A DNA stretch of 64,000 bases from positions 896 through 64,895 of the forward strand of contig MCFE01000509.1 of assembly GCA_002104905.1 (NCBI GenBank). Reading direction: 5' to 3'. Origin of the DNA: Basidiobolus meristosporus CBS 931.73. Taxonomy: Eukaryota; Fungi; Basidiobolomycota. The translations under genes and the position numbers were made by a program. The first letter of the stretch is position 1, and every line of letters begins with the position of its first letter. Positions 63,764-64,000 of this stretch are shown here, one piece after another. The notes under the pieces were generated by a model. That model was not told the DNA's origin. It did no database searches and worked only from the letters and a program-made list of their open reading frames with translations.

Positions 63764-64000
63764 GAGGGTTAGGGTTAGGGTTAGGGCTAGGGTTAGGGTT
63801 AGGGTTAGGGTTAGGGTTAGGGTTAGGGTTAGGGTTAGGGTTAGGGTTAGGGTTAGGGTTAGGGTTAGGGTTAGGGTTAGGGTTAGGGTTAGGGTTAGGG
63901 TTAGGGTTAGGGTTAGGGTTAGGGTTAGGGTTAGGGTTAGGGTTAGGGTTAGGGTTAGGGTTAGGGTTAGGGTTAGGGTTAGGGTTAGGGTTAGGGTTAG
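63764..64000 (+). repeat. Telomere (TTAGGG)n with one CTAGGG variant at 63787-63792
   Basis: Read directly; the G-rich strand runs 5'->3' toward the end of the window. Confidence 0.99.

Overview
Eukaryotic right-hand chromosome end, finishing in a (TTAGGG)n telomere from about 63,764 to 64,000. By inference it is an early-diverging fungus such as Basidiobolus or another Zoopagomycota: it has short GT-AG introns, chitin deacetylase and F-box/NEK relics, CpG-depleted transposons and a Bacteroidetes-type gene. Layout: (1) 1-15.8 kb, nested and decayed Ty1/copia and Ty3/gypsy elements with solo LTRs and a foldback element; (2) 15.8-32.3 kb, pseudogenes (NEK-like kinase, F-box, Zn-ADH/MDR, CBM18-chitin deacetylase), small secreted-protein genes and an intact DUF3472-like secreted ORF; (3) 32.3-37.5 kb, transposon debris; (4) 37.5-57 kb, a segmentally duplicated region with tRNA-Leu(CAG), two secreted-protein families, small unknown proteins and three tandem, intact 65-aa six-cysteine peptide genes whose spacing resembles animal beta-defensins; (5) 58-61 kb, a frameshifted, C-terminally truncated Bacteroidetes-like CoA-disulfide reductase-rhodanese-TusA gene facing a GST pseudogene; (6) 61.3-63.8 kb, LINE fragments interleaved with three ~250-bp repeats, then the telomere. 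The best novelty candidates are the beta-defensin-like array and the bacterial redox gene. All family assignments come from motif recognition by eye; no database searches were run.
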